This document shows positions 63,186 to 64,000 of a stretch of DNA of 64,000 bases, in pieces. Under the pieces are notes generated by a model. The model saw only the letters and a list, made by a program, of their open reading frames with translations, was not told the origin of the DNA and searched no databases. Every line of letters starts with the position of its first letter. Within the stretch, counting starts at the first letter, position 1. Where the stretch lies: positions 20,646,001 through 20,710,000 of the forward strand of contig NC_043002.1 in the NCBI RefSeq assembly GCF_006345805.1, in the 5' to 3' direction. A program made the translations under genes and the position numbers. Source of the DNA: Octopus sinensis (taxonomy: Eukaryota).

Positions 63186-64000
63186 CAAAAGAGCTGAAGC
63201 TCATCGTATAAGTCTGCTCGATCAGAGTTGACCTAGTGTTTACTACTACTACTACTACTACGTCCTATCTTTTTGCCTTTCACCCTTTCGGGGCCAATAA
63301 AATACGTACTAGGGGAGCACTAAGTAAAGTTATCTTCTCGTGTCATGTCGACTCATAAGGGCCGGTTTCCCGGGCGCCATGGCGTATATATTTCCCCAGC
63401 TGATGGGACGCCAGTCTGTCGTAGGATTACTCATTTTTGCCAGCTGAATGGACTGGAGCACCGTGAAATGAAGGGTTTTGTTCAAGAACACAATGCATCG
63501 CCCAGTCCAGGAATCGAAACCACAGTCTTACGATCAGGAATCCAACACCCTGACCACCAAGCCACGCGCCCCCACTAGGTGTGCACCGAGGTTGATGTAA
63601 TCGAGTAACCCCTGCCCCCAAAATTCAGGCCTTGTGCTTCAAAATTGAGGCGAGGTAGCATCACCACATTTAGACCATGTCTATGGTCTACAGGCAACTT
63701 AGGATGTAATGGTATCTCTTCTCATTCCCTCCAAACCAGTCTTTCAGGCATGGTCTTGCCAAATTGCCGTTGGCACTGTTTGTTTTCCTTTCAACGGTCC
63801 CTAATCTGGAATCCCGCGGTCCCTGGGTGTTCACAAACACAGTGGTTCTGGGGGCATTCGTGAGCTGAGTATAAAATTCGTTTAGCGTATATTTTATTTT
63901 ATTCTCTTACTCGTTCCAGTAATTTACTGCGGCCATGCTGGAGCACCGTCTTTAGTCGAACAAATCGACACCAGGACTTATTCTTAGTATTCATTCTATC

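Overview
AT-rich, microsatellite-dense eukaryotic DNA whose SINE families look like octopus or a related coleoid cephalopod (from recall, not a database search). Most of it is intronic or repetitive, and nearly all ORFs in the supplied track are artefacts of microsatellites or SINEs. The track misses two real minus-strand coding exons, 17152-17352 and 3500-3629. They have strong splice sites, join in frame across a ~13.5 kb intron, and encode a spondin-type TSP1 domain plus the following segment of an SBSPON/RPE-spondin-like protein. The upstream somatomedin-B exon and the downstream exons were not found. The most unusual signal is a set of (TA)n-flanked fold-back elements carrying minimal type I hammerhead ribozyme motifs on both strands: a near-perfect ~324 bp palindrome at 46352-46675 and a ~1.8 kb inverted duplication at 38386-40191. 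These resemble non-autonomous Penelope-like elements. Also present: two more long hairpins (29103-29317, 33270-33508), a five-unit SINE-derived array with alternating units (9096-9975), several SINE families, RTE and CR1/L2 LINE remnants, mariner, pogo, piggyBac, hAT and Helitron-type elements, and minisatellites. Coordinates were counted by hand; repeat edges may be off by a few to tens of bases.
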